A stretch of DNA of 64,000 nt from Mytilus edulis (lineage: Eukaryota). Each line of letters starts with the position of its first letter. Within the stretch, counting starts at the first letter, position 1. The position numbers and the translations under genes are program-made. Below the pieces are notes generated by a model. It saw only the letters and a program-made list of their open reading frames with translations, ran no database searches and had not been told where the DNA came from. Where the stretch lies: assembly GCF_963676685.1 (NCBI RefSeq), contig NC_092356.1, positions 65,348,001 to 65,412,000 on the forward strand, given 5' to 3'. Shown here in pieces: positions 62,579 through 64,000 of this stretch.

Positions 62579-63504
62579 AAAAGAGGGACGAAAGATATCA
62601 AACGGACAGTCAAACTCATAAATCTAAATAAACTGACAACGCCATGGCTAAAAATGAAAAAAGACAAACAGACAAACAATAGTACACATACATGACACAA
62701 CATAGAAAACTAAAGAATAAACAACACGAACCCCACCATAAACTAGGGGTGATCTCAGGTGCTCCGGAAGGGTAAGCAGATCCTGCTCCACATGTGGCGC
62801 CCGTCGTGTTGCTTATGTGATAACAAATCCGGTGAATAGTCTAATTCAGTAGGTCACATTCATGAAAAGGAAGGGGATTGTAGTTACGACTTAAGGAACA
62901 TATCCGATATCATTTGTGAAACGGTTCATCCATAACGGTCAACCAACTCGTGATGGCGTCCGTAAAATTTACGAAGGGATGATTTTAACTTCATAGCTTC
63001 CTTGTGAGCATCAACCCTCTATCAAGAAAATCATGATAGGAAATGCAAGCTCGGGAATATTGTATCAATTGGGAGATATATACCCCGTATGCAGGTGCTG
63101 CTGGAATGTTGCTACTTAGAAATGGAAAGTTCACTATTGGAAAGCTGAAATAATCTCTTTTGTCGTAAAGTTTTGTTTTCAGCCGACCCTCATTGTCAAT
63201 TTCTAGATGTAAGTCAAGATATGAGGCCGACTTAACTGTATCTGTAGTATCCTTTATCTCTAGTTTAATGGGATAGATGCGTTCCACATAGTCACCAAAT
63301 TTTGAATTATTTAGTGAAAGAACATCATCTATATAGCGGAAAGTAGAGTTAAAGGATATTGCTAACGTCTTGTCTTTCTTCCTAAGAAGTTCCTGCATGA
63401 AATTAGCCTCATAATAATAAAGAAACATGTCGGCAAGTAAAGGGGCACAATTTGTTCCCATTTAAATGCCGACAGTGTGTTGGAAAAACACGTCCTCCGA
63501 ACGT
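62579..63504 (-). mobile_element. 5'-truncated Penelope-like retroelement: C-terminal RT plus 3' UTR
   Basis: ORF 62991..63461: MGTNCAPLLADMFLY..FRYIDDVLSLNN..SASYLDL..YDKRD.FSFPIVNFP..AYGVYISQL. It is followed by the ~300-nt tail found many times in this window. Confidence 0.8.
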
Positions 63505-64000
63505 AAAAAAGCTGATGCAAAGAAAAATAACTCTGACATTTCTAACTATTTCATTTAAATTATTAATGGCATTTGAGATGCTGACTTCGTGCTGTTGACT
63601 TTACTTTCGTTACCAAATATTGCATGGATATAAGACAATAACTATCTTGCATTTGATGTCCAACATTATAAAAAAAAAATGAAAGTCATTTGAATTGATA
63701 AATGTGTTTTATTTACCATCTACATATTCAGCACTGTTTATTGGTTTTGAAGTTTGTTCTCAATTTGAAATTTAGTTGTAAAGAGAGATAAATGTTGTAA
63801 CTTATGCAAACGCATTGTAGTATATATGAAGAGAGGTTGTCGACCTTGTTCATGTTGTTCAACTTGTTCAACTTGTTCAACTTGACAAACGCAATATTAT
63901 ATGTAATATTAATTATACTTTTGACGACGTGATTTCTACTGGTGATTGTGGTTAGTTTGGCAAATATGATTAACAATTTGATAAAATGAAAGCATACCAA

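Noticed and set aside
62820-62870. SECIS-like ATGA..AA..GA spacing in the Penelope-like tail
   Set aside because: The required stem does not pair convincingly by eye, and no in-frame UGA is visible in the available RT part.
63845-63885. (ttgttcaac)n 9-bp repeat and the 90-aa ORF at the window edge
   Set aside because: Simple repeat producing a low-complexity translation, with no recognisable domain.

Overview
AT-rich eukaryotic genomic DNA, not prokaryotic. The repeat families and gene type point to a bivalve mollusc, most likely a Mytilus mussel (inference from recalled repeat families, no database search). The window is dominated by a head-to-tail array of eight paralogous, single-coding-exon, RING-less TRIM-like genes on the + strand (B-box1, B-box2, coiled coil, NHL-like beta-propeller, about 560 aa). 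Three are fully intact (18711, 43667, 56167), one is intact except for a replaced C-terminal tail (31686) and four are disrupted (8233, 25619, 29008, 35313). They form two subfamilies in the order A-A-A-B-B-A-B-B, and every copy starts exactly 2 nt after a splice acceptor. Copies 1 and 6 are split at the same nucleotide by a 5'-truncated Ngaro/PAT-type tyrosine-recombinase retrotransposon with split direct repeats, and copy 6 carries an apparent gene-conversion tract. Segmental duplications of about 7 kb and 6.5 kb, plus an older one offset by 58-60 kb, are visible. The intergenic DNA is a patchwork of mobile elements: Penelope-like RT fragments, Tc1 and Gypsy remnants, a Helentron-type element carrying satellite arrays, a hAT element with an 8-bp TSD, TTAA-flanked Kolobok-like MITEs, SINE-like repeats and degenerate hammerhead-ribozyme (retrozyme-like) units. 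There are two assembly gaps at homologous positions. The best candidate for an under-described system is the diversifying B-box/propeller cassette array itself. I found no CRISPR, rRNA or tRNA.
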